A stretch of 64,000 bases of DNA from positions 5,133 to 69,132 of the forward strand of contig CAXSZN010000013.1 in assembly GCA_964241935.1 (NCBI GenBank), in the 5' to 3' direction. The position numbers and the translations under genes are program-made. The notes beneath the pieces were generated by a model, which searched no databases, had not been told where the DNA came from, and was given only the letters and a program-made list of their open reading frames with translations. Shown in pieces: positions 37,313-45,682 of this stretch. This stretch comes from an uncultured Armatimonadales bacterium. GTDB lineage: Bacteria > Armatimonadota > Armatimonadia > Armatimonadales > Capsulimonadaceae. Each line of letters starts with the position of its first letter. Positions within the stretch are counted from its first letter, which is position 1.

Positions 37313-37553
37313 AAAAGCTTCACGCGGTACCACCCTTGTTCGGTTCAAGACCTCTTCGCTGAGGCGATAAACCGCACTTGGAGCGCGATTACGGGCGCGA
37401 ACCGGAGTATCTTAATATCTTACGAGTTCAGACACTCTGCTCAGAGGGGAGAGAGCGAAACGCTTGCTGCCGTCTCGCACCAGGCGACGGCTCTCTGAAA
37501 GTAAACCTGTTCGGACATTGTCCTCGTCAATGCAGTTAGATTATTTTGTTGTG
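37255..37553 (-). promoter_or_regulatory. T-box riboswitch leader of the ilv-leu operon, probably Leu-specific
   Basis: The conserved T-box sequence AACAAGGGTGGTACCGCG lies at plus 37323-37335 (cgcggtaccaccc). AGAGAG and GGTGCGA stem-I-type motifs are present. An alternative antiterminator is possible, with AAGAGGUCUU pairing AAGAGCCUCU of the terminator 5' arm. The candidate specifier is GAA-CUC-G. Confidence 0.85.
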
Positions 37554-37559
37554 CCGCGA

Positions 37560-37588
37560 ATTATACCTGTATTCAAGCAGGGTGTCAA
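37560..37588 (-). promoter_or_regulatory. consensus sigma-70 promoter of the ilv-leu operon
   Basis: The minus strand reads TTGACA (37588-37583), a 17-nt spacer, then TATAAT (37565-37560). Confidence 0.8.
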
Positions 37589-37606
37589 GGCTTTGCCACT
37601 ATCTTT

Positions 37607-38074
37607 TCAACTGATCTTGGCTTGCGTTAAACTTTTTCGGCGCGGAGCGGCAGTTGCATCAATTCTCAAGCTGACCACGCCATCTTCAATTCTAGTTGTA
37701 TCCGGCAGATTCAGTTCGGCAAGTTTGTTACAAACATGCTCTGCTGCCGAGATTAATTCCCAAATAAAATCTTGCCTCGGCACAGTCCATACTGTTTCCA
37801 GTTCAAGGGCCGAAATGAAGAGGCTATCGTCGATTGACCGCAGGGTGAGCGAATAAGGACCGTCCATGAAGTCAAGCTCGATCTCATTAGCTCCTGTCAA
37901 TAGATCTTTTGCCGCTCTCAACCACCAACCCAACACGACTGTGCCAAAATCCTCCCAGCCCTCAACAGGATAAAACTCTTTATTGTGAGTCCAGTAGATT
38001 ATAAAGAGCGGGCTGGCGTTGCGCCGGGCATAGGTTTCCATCAAACCTTCATCAAAACTTAGGTTTAATCTCAT
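37607..38074 (-). CDS. hypothetical protein, putative immunity partner of the upstream toxin-like gene
   Basis: 155 aa, AT-richer, starting 28 nt downstream of the toxin-like ORF. I recognised no domain. Confidence 0.5.
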   Translation of the reverse strand: MRLNLSFDEGLMETYARRNASPLFIIYWTHNKEFYPVEGWEDFGTVVLGWWLRAAKDLLTGANEIELDFMDGPYSLTLRSIDDSLFISALELETVWTVPRQDFIWELISAAEHVCNKLAELNLPDTTRIEDGVVSLRIDATAAPRRKSLTQAKIS

Positions 38075-38102
38075 TTCACTACCTCAATCGGATAAGCAGT
38101 TT

Positions 38103-38390
38103 CTACCACTTTGTCTGCGTATTGAACCAGAACTCGATTGTTCTACCGCCCAAAACATCTTTCCCGCGATATTTGATACGTTCCGCTCCTGAAAAATCTT
38201 TCTGCGTCTTGATTTTCTCCCTTAGCTTCCATGCAGCTTGAACAGTAGCTTTGACTTGGTCATCGGTAAGTCCAGCGAAAATATCCTTTTTACCGCTTTG
38301 CCGCGCGATTAGTCCAGTATCCGAGTGAGCCTCCAAGATGTGTTCCCAATCAAAACCAAGAGCAGCAGGGCCGCGAAAATCATCAGTCAT
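38103..38390 (-). CDS. stand-alone toxin-like domain resembling bacterial EndoU-type nucleases
   Basis: 95 aa. The pattern WEHILEAH..SGKKDIF..DDQV..RIKYRGKD..GRTIEFWFN recalls the HIL..H ... K..F ... Y.G...G..I pattern of polymorphic-toxin EndoU C-termini. This is from memory and unverified. Confidence 0.4.
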   Translation of the reverse strand: MTDDFRGPAALGFDWEHILEAHSDTGLIARQSGKKDIFAGLTDDQVKATVQAAWKLREKIKTQKDFSGAERIKYRGKDVLGGRTIEFWFNTQTKW

Positions 38391-38399
38391 AGATTAGCC

Positions 38400-39203
38400 C
38401 TACTTTTTGAGCAGCATCTTTGTTTCCGGCAGGGTCAGCTTGCTGCTGTCAAAAGTGGAATTGAGCATCTTTTTGCCCATCTGCGACGTGGCGACGGCGG
38501 TGGTGACATGGGAGATAAACGCGGTCAGGACTTCGAGATCGGGGTAGCCGTCGGAGCGCTCGACGACAACGTAGCCGCCGCCGGATGCGGCGAACGCAAA
38601 GCCCTGACGGTTTGGAAAACCGATCATGACCAGCTTGTACGCATCGGCGTCGGCATACAAAATCCGGTGCGCTCCTTCGGACGCGAACGCCGTCTCGTAG
38701 AAGCTGTTGGAGTCAAATGCCGGAACAGCAGGGAGGGGAGCCGCAAAGACGGGAGCCGAAAGCGGCGACTTCGGCACAGCAGGATTGCCGAGTGTGGCTG
38801 CCATTCGGGGCGAGGCCGGAGCGGCGACTTCATACACGACGACATGAACATGGTTGACGTCTTTGAGCATTGCGGCCAAATCGCCGCTGGCAATGGCCTG
38901 AGCGATGGGATTTTGAGCTGCCACTATTGCCGTCGTCTGCCCTGGCAGAAGAACCGTCGGCGAGCCGGTTTCCCCGATGCCTTTCAGGAACGACTTGACC
39001 ATGCCGAGCAGGTCCTCGCTGCGGGCATCCATTTCCACGCGCAGCTTGCCGCCGGGCGGCGCGGGAATAATCAGTGGGGCGAGCGCAGAAGCTGGAGTCA
39101 TCGGCGTTGGTGCGGCCTGCTGGGCTGAAGCGGGGAAAGCGGCCAGCGCAATGCCGGCAGTCAGCGCAAGCGATGTGAAAAAAGTGGTGGGTAATCGGCG
39201 CAT
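38400..39203 (-). CDS. secreted hypothetical protein (signal peptide)
   Basis: MRRLPTTFFTSLALTAGIALAAFPASAQQ is a signal peptide. The protein is Pro/Ala-rich with no recognised domain. Confidence 0.6.
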   Translation of the reverse strand: MRRLPTTFFTSLALTAGIALAAFPASAQQAAPTPMTPASALAPLIIPAPPGGKLRVEMDARSEDLLGMVKSFLKGIGETGSPTVLLPGQTTAIVAAQNPIAQAIASGDLAAMLKDVNHVHVVVYEVAAPASPRMAATLGNPAVPKSPLSAPVFAAPLPAVPAFDSNSFYETAFASEGAHRILYADADAYKLVMIGFPNRQGFAFAASGGGYVVVERSDGYPDLEVLTAFISHVTTAVATSQMGKKMLNSTFDSSKLTLPETKMLLKK

Positions 39204-39227
39204 GGTTTTTCCTTTGTGGTGGAAGCG

Positions 39228-39683
39228 TTAGACAACTGCTTCCGCAGGGACAGCTTGGAGTTCATTGCTTCGGGCGATAATGGATTGAATAATTGCGTTG
39301 ATGGTGTTTGATGTGAGCACATCTTCGAGTTGATCAAGGAACGCTGACTCTGTTCCAGTCACTTCTAGCCAATTACCACCTCCTATTCGTTTCAACTCCA
39401 TAGCAATACCAGGAGGAACGGTAAATCTGACGGGGTACACCATGTCTTTTTGATGCGATATAGAAAAAAGACGATGCCGATATCCACCAAGAGCAGGCGC
39501 AATAACGTCAAGCTGATACACAGTTTCGCCCTTATCGCTGGTAGATGTGACGATCTCAGCTTCAATCAGTCCCTGAGTCATCTGCTCCAAGTTGGCCGCC
39601 TGTGTTCGCAGGATAGCAAGAGGCGTAAGCACTTCTACTTTTACATCTTTTTCCGACCACAAGTTAGGTATTCGTTGTGCCAT
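39228..39683 (-). CDS. hypothetical protein, partner of the EEP-family gene
   Basis: 151 aa, AT-richer, starting 16 nt after the EEP gene stop. Confidence 0.55.
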   Translation of the reverse strand: MAQRIPNLWSEKDVKVEVLTPLAILRTQAANLEQMTQGLIEAEIVTSTSDKGETVYQLDVIAPALGGYRHRLFSISHQKDMVYPVRFTVPPGIAMELKRIGGGNWLEVTGTESAFLDQLEDVLTSNTINAIIQSIIARSNELQAVPAEAVV

Positions 39684-39699
39684 GTTGTTTTATCCTTGT

Positions 39700-40515
39700 T
39701 CACAAGTCAAGCTGAAACAGCAGCGGAAGATGGTCTGAGCCATGCGCGTCCGAAGGCAAGCCGTTTTGCGTGAGTAAAGAAGAGCGGCCATCCGAGTCAA
39801 GAATACGGACATCTACAAGTTTGTCTATCAGTGCAGGCCGAACCAGCACTTGATCATACATATTCCAGAAAAACTGCCCCGGCTTAGAGGAATGCAAGTA
39901 GTAGGTTCCCGGTGGTCCATCGGTTCCGTCTCCAAAGAACTTCCACATAGGATTGTAGAAGAAACGGTAAGGCCGTCCGCGAACGTCGCGTTCTTCCCGC
40001 TGCGCCAGTTTCTTTGTCATCACTGCGTGCAGAGCCTGAGCACCGATGACGCCGGGATCAAACGGGTTCATATTGAAGTCCCCGACCAAAATAGTGCGAA
40101 AATTCCCTAGCTTCTCTTCTTCACGCCCGATGTCCTGAGCAAGAATTACAGATTCCAGTGTTTGGTCGGTTTGATCCCAGTTCACCTTACTTGGATAATG
40201 CAGCACTGCAAGTAGCAGCCCGCCGGGTTCGCCGAGGTGCAGACGCCGGATTGTCAAGCCGCCTATCGGGTCGTTAAAGAAGTCTACCAGCAAAGCCCCG
40301 TCAAAGCGCGTGAATATCTTGATTTTTGTTCCCAAGCTGAAGGGAAAGTGATAAGCTCCTGGCTGTGACTGATTTAATGAAGCCAGCAAGGCTGCCATTT
40401 CCACTTGGCACTCGGCAAGCATGATCACATCAACCGAGTGCGCTTCCGCAAGATTGGCAATCTGTTCTTGTAATGGCTGCCGATTGACATTCCAGAACAA
40501 GAAGGTGGTCAACAT
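39700..40515 (-). CDS. endonuclease/exonuclease/phosphatase (EEP) family protein
   Basis: FLFWNVN.., LAECQ, GDFNMNP and SDHLPLLFQLDL are EEP catalytic motifs. There is no signal peptide. Confidence 0.75.
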   Translation of the reverse strand: MLTTFLFWNVNRQPLQEQIANLAEAHSVDVIMLAECQVEMAALLASLNQSQPGAYHFPFSLGTKIKIFTRFDGALLVDFFNDPIGGLTIRRLHLGEPGGLLLAVLHYPSKVNWDQTDQTLESVILAQDIGREEEKLGNFRTILVGDFNMNPFDPGVIGAQALHAVMTKKLAQREERDVRGRPYRFFYNPMWKFFGDGTDGPPGTYYLHSSKPGQFFWNMYDQVLVRPALIDKLVDVRILDSDGRSSLLTQNGLPSDAHGSDHLPLLFQLDL

Positions 40516-40565
40516 TCAGAAATCACTTTCTGCCTCTGCGCCAGCGGGTTGCGATTTCTCGCGGC

Positions 40566-41711
40566 TCAGGTCGTGGATGAGACTTGGGTGCCGTTGTAGA
40601 CGCGCAGGTGCAGGTGGGCCTTCTCTAAACGCGGCAGGTTGAGCTGGCCTTTGGCGATGGCGCTGACGGTGTAGGTGTTCGGGTCGCCGTCGCTGACGTA
40701 CTTCAGATTTCTGTCTTTTTCCATGAGATCCAGCCAGTAGCGGATGGTGTATTTGCCGGCACCGGGGATAATGCGCGGGAGATAATACGGGTCGAAATTG
40801 TGGCCGTAGAAGTCTTTGCCCATGGGAGATGCCGCCGGGTCGGCTCCGGCTTTGAGGGCGCAGATATTGTGGTAGGTCTGGCCGCCGCTTGACCCGCTGA
40901 TGACCAGCTTTTTGTTTTTTGGGAAGACGCCGTAAGGCATCGCCAATGTGTCCACGTTGTAGTTCGGCAGGTAGGTGTGGATGTTGGCGACCGCGCCGGC
41001 AAGCTCGGCTTCGACCTGGGAATCCGGCCAGTGGCGAATGCCGGCTTTGTGGTGGATCGTGTGGTTGCCGACCTCAAAGCCATCTTTGATCAAATAATCC
41101 ATTTTGCCCTGAGCGAATGACTTCTGGTAGAACGGCGGCGGCAGGGTGGTCCCGACATCGGTCAGCACAAAGAACGTGCCTTTCAGCGGCCAGTCGGGGT
41201 GCTTGGCATGGAAGTCGTCCAAAATGCCGACCGCGCAGTTGGGATCAATCTTGCCGTCGTCGGTGTAGTTGAACTGGCCGCGCAGGGCGTCGTCAAATGT
41301 CAAAATGACGGGAGACATGCCGGCGGGAACATCAATCTTGCCGTTGACGTAGTCATCCAAGCTGATTGGACGGTAGTTGTGGGCGTACAGCCACTCGATA
41401 TCCTGCCGGAACGCGGCGACCGGGTACTGGTAACCGGTCGTCTTAGTGGTCATCACAAGATCATGGTATTCTAAAATCGGCACCAGCCCGGCTTCATTCG
41501 GCTGCACTTTAGTAAAGTCCACCGGCAGGATCGGCAGGGCCTGGGCCGGCGGAGCTGCCGCCATTTTTGGCCGGGCGCTTTCAACCGGCGCGGCTTTTGT
41601 ATGGTGGAACCGGGCCAGCAGGCTGCTGTGGCAGCCGGACAGCATAAGCGCGGCGGCGCAAAGGAGCGGGGCGGAAGAAACGGGACGGAGAAAAGAACGA
41701 GCGCTTCGCAT
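40566..41711 (-). CDS. polysaccharide deacetylase (CE4/NodB-homology) lipoprotein
   Basis: Lipobox LMLSGC, plus LTFDDA and GNHTIHH motifs. Confidence 0.8.
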   Translation of the reverse strand: MRSARSFLRPVSSAPLLCAAALMLSGCHSSLLARFHHTKAAPVESARPKMAAAPPAQALPILPVDFTKVQPNEAGLVPILEYHDLVMTTKTTGYQYPVAAFRQDIEWLYAHNYRPISLDDYVNGKIDVPAGMSPVILTFDDALRGQFNYTDDGKIDPNCAVGILDDFHAKHPDWPLKGTFFVLTDVGTTLPPPFYQKSFAQGKMDYLIKDGFEVGNHTIHHKAGIRHWPDSQVEAELAGAVANIHTYLPNYNVDTLAMPYGVFPKNKKLVISGSSGGQTYHNICALKAGADPAASPMGKDFYGHNFDPYYLPRIIPGAGKYTIRYWLDLMEKDRNLKYVSDGDPNTYTVSAIAKGQLNLPRLEKAHLHLRVYNGTQVSSTT

Positions 41712-41757
41712 GGAGTATCCTTTATTGCACAAAACGAGGAGTTTAGATCATTATACC

Positions 41758-42141
41758 ATGCGAAGAGTCTGGCTGCCGCGAATCTGGAACGGCGTCAGCA
41801 GTGTAATCGGCCTCGTGGGGGCACTTGGCGGGCGATGGCTCTGGAACTCGAACGCTTTAATGCTGGAAGTGGCCGGGGGCTGGCTGATTGGGCTGCTGTC
41901 GCGGGCCGGCTGGGCCAGCGCCATTACGCTGGGCGAAGTCGTGCTGTATGCTGACCAAGCCCTCATTCCCATCCTGCATGACCACGAGATGGTGCATGTC
42001 AAGCAAGGCCGTTTGTGGGGGCCGTTCTTTCTGCCCGCGTATGTGCTGGAGTCGGCGTATCAGTGGCTCCGCACCGGCGACGGCTACCGCCGGAACCGCT
42101 TTGAGGTCGCGGCGTACTCAATCGGTCAAAAAGATGAGTAG
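41758..42141 (+). CDS. small membrane protein with an HExxH motif
   Basis: 127 aa with two hydrophobic segments and HEMVHVKQ. The longer ORF-track version overlaps the divergent deacetylase gene. Confidence 0.5.
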   Translation: MRRVWLPRIWNGVSSVIGLVGALGGRWLWNSNALMLEVAGGWLIGLLSRAGWASAITLGEVVLYADQALIPILHDHEMVHVKQGRLWGPFFLPAYVLESAYQWLRTGDGYRRNRFEVAAYSIGQKDE

Positions 42142-42208
42142 GAGTTTAAGTAGGAATTTGAGTAGGAATTAACAGCTTGGCTGCCGAATAAACACGCAGG
42201 AGAACAAC

Positions 42209-42718
42209 ATGCAAACAACTTTGTGGCGTGTGTGCAGCATGGCCGCCGTGCTGGCACTGACAGCTCCCGCCGGGGCCGGACCAAGCAGTGCAAAAACAGG
42301 GGTGCCGGCTGCACGGCGCGAAATCCAGGCGATTTACGGCAAGATTGACGCGGCAATCAATCAAAAAGACGTAGACACGGCGTTTGACTATGACGCGGAC
42401 GATTGCCAATACTATGACAAGCAGGGCCGTCTTCTGGACGAAGGCAGCGGGCGTCAGGAGGTAGTGGACATACTGGACAAAGTGGACACCGTCAAGGAAA
42501 CAACAGTGATCACCAGTTTCGCCGGGTCCGATGCCGATGCGACCGTTACGGTCAAAGCCCATATCGTGCTGTCAGTTTCCAACAACATTAATGGGCGGGC
42601 CGCCAAGTTTGCCATAGACGACATTTCCCGCGACTACTGGGTGAAGACCGATGACGGCTGGAAGCGCAAGCGCTCCCGCGACATCAAAGGCAAATTCGCC
42701 ATGCACAAAAACTTCTAA
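42209..42718 (+). CDS. secreted SnoaL-like/DUF4440 (NTF2-fold) protein
   Basis: Signal peptide, then IQAIYGKIDAAINQKDVD..WVKTDDGWKRKR, typical of DUF4440-like proteins. Confidence 0.6.
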   Translation: MQTTLWRVCSMAAVLALTAPAGAGPSSAKTGVPAARREIQAIYGKIDAAINQKDVDTAFDYDADDCQYYDKQGRLLDEGSGRQEVVDILDKVDTVKETTVITSFAGSDADATVTVKAHIVLSVSNNINGRAAKFAIDDISRDYWVKTDDGWKRKRSRDIKGKFAMHKNF

Positions 42719-42758
42719 TCCACTTATCATAATAAGCGGCTTATCAAAAAGCACAAGA

Positions 42759-42806
42759 AAAAAGCCGTGCCTGTCAGCGAGGCTGACGCGGGACGGCTTT
42801 TCTTTG
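42759..42806. terminator. bidirectional intrinsic terminator between convergent genes
   Basis: AAAAAAGCCGTGCC..(inner CTGTCAGC/GCTGACG stem)..GGGACGGCTTTTCTTT. Confidence 0.7.
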
Positions 42807-42927
42807 CGCTCGGCTTGCCCTTTCAGGGAGCCGGTGGCGCAGCCGGAGAGTGTCCGGGGTTGCTCTCATTGTAACACTGCGCGGTTGATCTGTCAAGCAA
42901 TTTAGAAAATGAATTCCAAGCAACTTT

Positions 42928-43836
42928 TTAGAGCAGCGCTGCGGCAAGCGCGGCCTTGTCCTGGGCGGCATCGCCGAGGGCGGCGGGAACGATAGAAACG
43001 CCTTCCCAAACAATCGGCCAGCAGTAAGCTTTTGCCGCCGCGCGAATAGGTTCCAGAAACAAGTCGGCGGCATGAACGGCGAGAGTTCCCAGCACAATCC
43101 GCTCCACGTTGAGCGTCTGCAAGAGATTTGCCAGGCCAATGCCCATTGCCAAAGACGCATCGGCGATCACAGATTGGGCAATCGGCTCGCGTAAACGAGC
43201 GCGGGCGCAGACATCATGTGCGGTCAAGTTGTCTTCGCCGTACCGCTCCCGGCCCATGCGTCCGATGCTGGTGCCGGACGCCATCGCTTCCAAACAGCCG
43301 CGCTTGCCGCACAGGCATTGGACACCGTTTGGATAGATCGTCGCGTGGCCGATTTCTCCCGCGAGGTCACGCCGTCCCCGGTACAAAACGCCGTCCAAGA
43401 TCAAGCCCGCGCCGACGCCGGTTCCCATTGTCAGGAACGCCATATCCCGGCATCCCTGCCCTGCGCCCCAGCGATGCTCCGCCACTGCCGTCGCGTTGGC
43501 ATCGTTTTCCAGTGTCACCGGCAGGCCCAAATCAGCTTCCAGCAGCGCCTTCAGAGGCACATCTACCCAATGCGGCAGGTTTGGCGGGGCGTGAACAATG
43601 CCGGTTCGCGAGTTGAGCGGCCCGCCGCAGGAAACGCCGGCGGCAGCGATTTCCGTCAGGGCCGCGCCGTGGGTGCGGCAGACTTGGTGTACCAAATCCA
43701 GCAGCAGTGCATACGCCTCCTGCCAGCTTCCCGGCGGAGTCAGCGCCGACACCCGCGCCAGCACGGCACCGTCGGCGTCGCCTATGACCGCCGCCGATTT
43801 TGTCCCGCCAATATCAATGCCAAGCAGTAAAGTCAT
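42928..43836 (-). CDS. ROK family sugar kinase
   Basis: LLGIDIGGTK and CLCGKRGCLEAMASG (the ROK zinc motif). Confidence 0.85.
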   Translation of the reverse strand: MTLLLGIDIGGTKSAAVIGDADGAVLARVSALTPPGSWQEAYALLLDLVHQVCRTHGAALTEIAAAGVSCGGPLNSRTGIVHAPPNLPHWVDVPLKALLEADLGLPVTLENDANATAVAEHRWGAGQGCRDMAFLTMGTGVGAGLILDGVLYRGRRDLAGEIGHATIYPNGVQCLCGKRGCLEAMASGTSIGRMGRERYGEDNLTAHDVCARARLREPIAQSVIADASLAMGIGLANLLQTLNVERIVLGTLAVHAADLFLEPIRAAAKAYCWPIVWEGVSIVPAALGDAAQDKAALAAALL

Positions 43837-43982
43837 AGGTGATAAAAAATATCAGAAAGTCGCCAGGGGTGTGGAAACCCCCAGCAAAGAAGCGTCCTGC
43901 GGACGAAGAACAAGCTGCTTTTTGCAAAATCTTTGTCCGAAGGACATGTTCTTGCCGGGGTTTTCTACAGCCCGGCACTCAT

Positions 43983-44300
43983 CTACTGCGTGGTGGGCTG
44001 GACATGCCCGGCCATTGGGGTTTCGGTTTGCTTGTCAAACGCTTCCCCTTTTTCGCCGTGCTGCTTTTCCGCGCTTGGAATGCCGCTAGACGCTGGGGCT
44101 TCGCTGCTGGCCCCGGCATGGTTGCTGCGGAGAGTTGCTTCTTTTTCCTTGCCGTCGCCGCCGTCCGCGAAGAGGTGCTTTGTCGTCTCGGTGTCCGCCG
44201 GGAGCGTCTGCTCGAAGGCGTCCGGCTGGGTCAGCCCAATATGCTGTTCAATATGGTCTTCCGCTTTATTCTCGATTTTGTCTTCGTATTCGTTCGCCAT
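43983..44300 (-). CDS. acidic, low-complexity hypothetical protein
   Basis: AGGAG, 9 nt, then ATG. 105 aa, rich in E/D/K/T and probably disordered. Confidence 0.45.
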   Translation of the reverse strand: MANEYEDKIENKAEDHIEQHIGLTQPDAFEQTLPADTETTKHLFADGGDGKEKEATLRSNHAGASSEAPASSGIPSAEKQHGEKGEAFDKQTETPMAGHVQPTTQ

Positions 44301-44313
44301 AGCCAAAATTCTC

Positions 44314-45276
44314 CTAAATCTGTTGTACCCATTTCATGTGGGCGTCGTGCATGGCGGGAACGATGTCGTGGCCGGTCGCCGGCAGATACAGCATCTCTTT
44401 TTCGCAGACCATCTCGTTGTAAACCGCGTAAATGGTCGGCGGCTTGCAGCTTGGGTCGCGCCCGCCTGCGCTCACCTGCGTCGGGCATCCGATATTCGCG
44501 GCATGGGACAGCGGGTCGAAGTAAGAATATGTTTGATAGATTTGCTCGGCAGTTTCGGGATGCGCTTCGGCGTAGTCCGCGATCAGGCCACGGGCATCGG
44601 GATAGCGGGCGACGCCCATTTTCTTGTACTTGCTCCGGTCCAGCAGCGACAGCGCGAGTTCTAAAGCGCAAAGCCAGGGCATATCAGCCAGGCACAGCTT
44701 GACTTCAGGGGCAAGCGCGGCAGTCACCAGCGCTAGTCCCCCACCCTGGCTCATGCCGCCGACACTCAGACGGTCTGCACCGGCTTCCGGCTGGGCGGCC
44801 AGCACGTCCAGCGCCCGCAGGCAGTGGCCGACGATTTTTCGGTAAATGTAAGTCTGCGGCGACTCAATGCCCTGCGTGATGTAGTCTGCATTTGAGAGAC
44901 TTGGGTGCTGATACGGCGTGTCCGGCAGATGACCGTGAATGTTCAGGCCCAGGGTCACCGTATCCGGGTACAGCGCTTCCGGCCCCGGCGGCGGATTGCC
45001 GAGCGAGTACCCCGGCAGCCACAGATACCCGCGATGCCCAGTCTGCGTTGTCAGAAGTTTGGGAACCGCCAGCCAGCCATAGACCAGCATGTCGCCTAAA
45101 GACGAGAACCGCAGCCAGTCTATCGTGTGCGTTTCCGTTTCGCCCCCCGCCCCGGCCAGCCGCTCCCAATCGGCAGGAACTTCTGTCAGATCCGACTTGA
45201 CGCCATTCCAGAAAGCGTCAAAATCCGCAGGGCGTTTGAAGGCGGCGCGGGTTTGTTCTAAAAGAGTGGTTGACAT
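44314..45276 (-). CDS. acetylxylan esterase / cephalosporin-C deacetylase (CE7, AXE1)
   Basis: GGMSQGGGLAL nucleophile elbow and an AXE1-type N-terminal region. Confidence 0.8.
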   Translation of the reverse strand: MSTTLLEQTRAAFKRPADFDAFWNGVKSDLTEVPADWERLAGAGGETETHTIDWLRFSSLGDMLVYGWLAVPKLLTTQTGHRGYLWLPGYSLGNPPPGPEALYPDTVTLGLNIHGHLPDTPYQHPSLSNADYITQGIESPQTYIYRKIVGHCLRALDVLAAQPEAGADRLSVGGMSQGGGLALVTAALAPEVKLCLADMPWLCALELALSLLDRSKYKKMGVARYPDARGLIADYAEAHPETAEQIYQTYSYFDPLSHAANIGCPTQVSAGGRDPSCKPPTIYAVYNEMVCEKEMLYLPATGHDIVPAMHDAHMKWVQQI

Positions 45277-45313
45277 AGATACTGGCAATCAAAAACCGGA
45301 CGCGCGGCTTTCT

Positions 45314-45443
45314 CCGGGCACTGAAGTACCCGTCTGGGAGGCGCAGACGCCGACCGTCCTGCGGACGGAAGAACATAACAGTGTTTCTTTTCTGTCTCCT
45401 GGACAGTTGGCGAAGCCTCCCAAACGAGTACTTCAGTGCCCGG
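45314..45443. repeat. palindromic intergenic element (16-bp terminal inverted repeats, CGTCCTGCGGACG core)
   Basis: CCGGGCACTGAAGTAC ... GTACTTCAGTGCCCGG. The internal cgtcctgcggacg hairpin is shared with family B. Confidence 0.75.
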
Positions 45444-45682
45444 ACTGCCAGGTTCAAGTCAACGGCACAGTCCAAGCCGCTCCGTTTCGGCCCCGTCACT
45501 TCCTCGCATAGCCCGCCGTCATTGGCCTTTTGATGATGGCGCGAACGGCGGCGGCGGTGTCCGTGTCTTTTTCAGACGCGCTACGTTAAGGTTGATGATT
45601 TCGGAGGAAATCGCTGATTGGGTGTGTTTGTTCTGTGCCTCACATGGAATTTAGTATACACGATAATGCCTGTGAGTGTATA

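Noticed and set aside
37293-37560. Leader-peptide (ribosome-mediated) attenuation of the ilv operon
   Set aside because: I saw no short Leu/Val/Ile-rich leader ORF. The conserved GGGTGGTACCGCG box and the antiterminator/terminator pairing identify a T-box mechanism instead.
43839-44702. 287-aa and 243-aa plus-strand ORFs across the ROK/esterase intergenic area
   Set aside because: They overlap the minus-strand acidic protein and the CE7 esterase genes. They have no domain signature and an odd Cys/Arg-rich composition.
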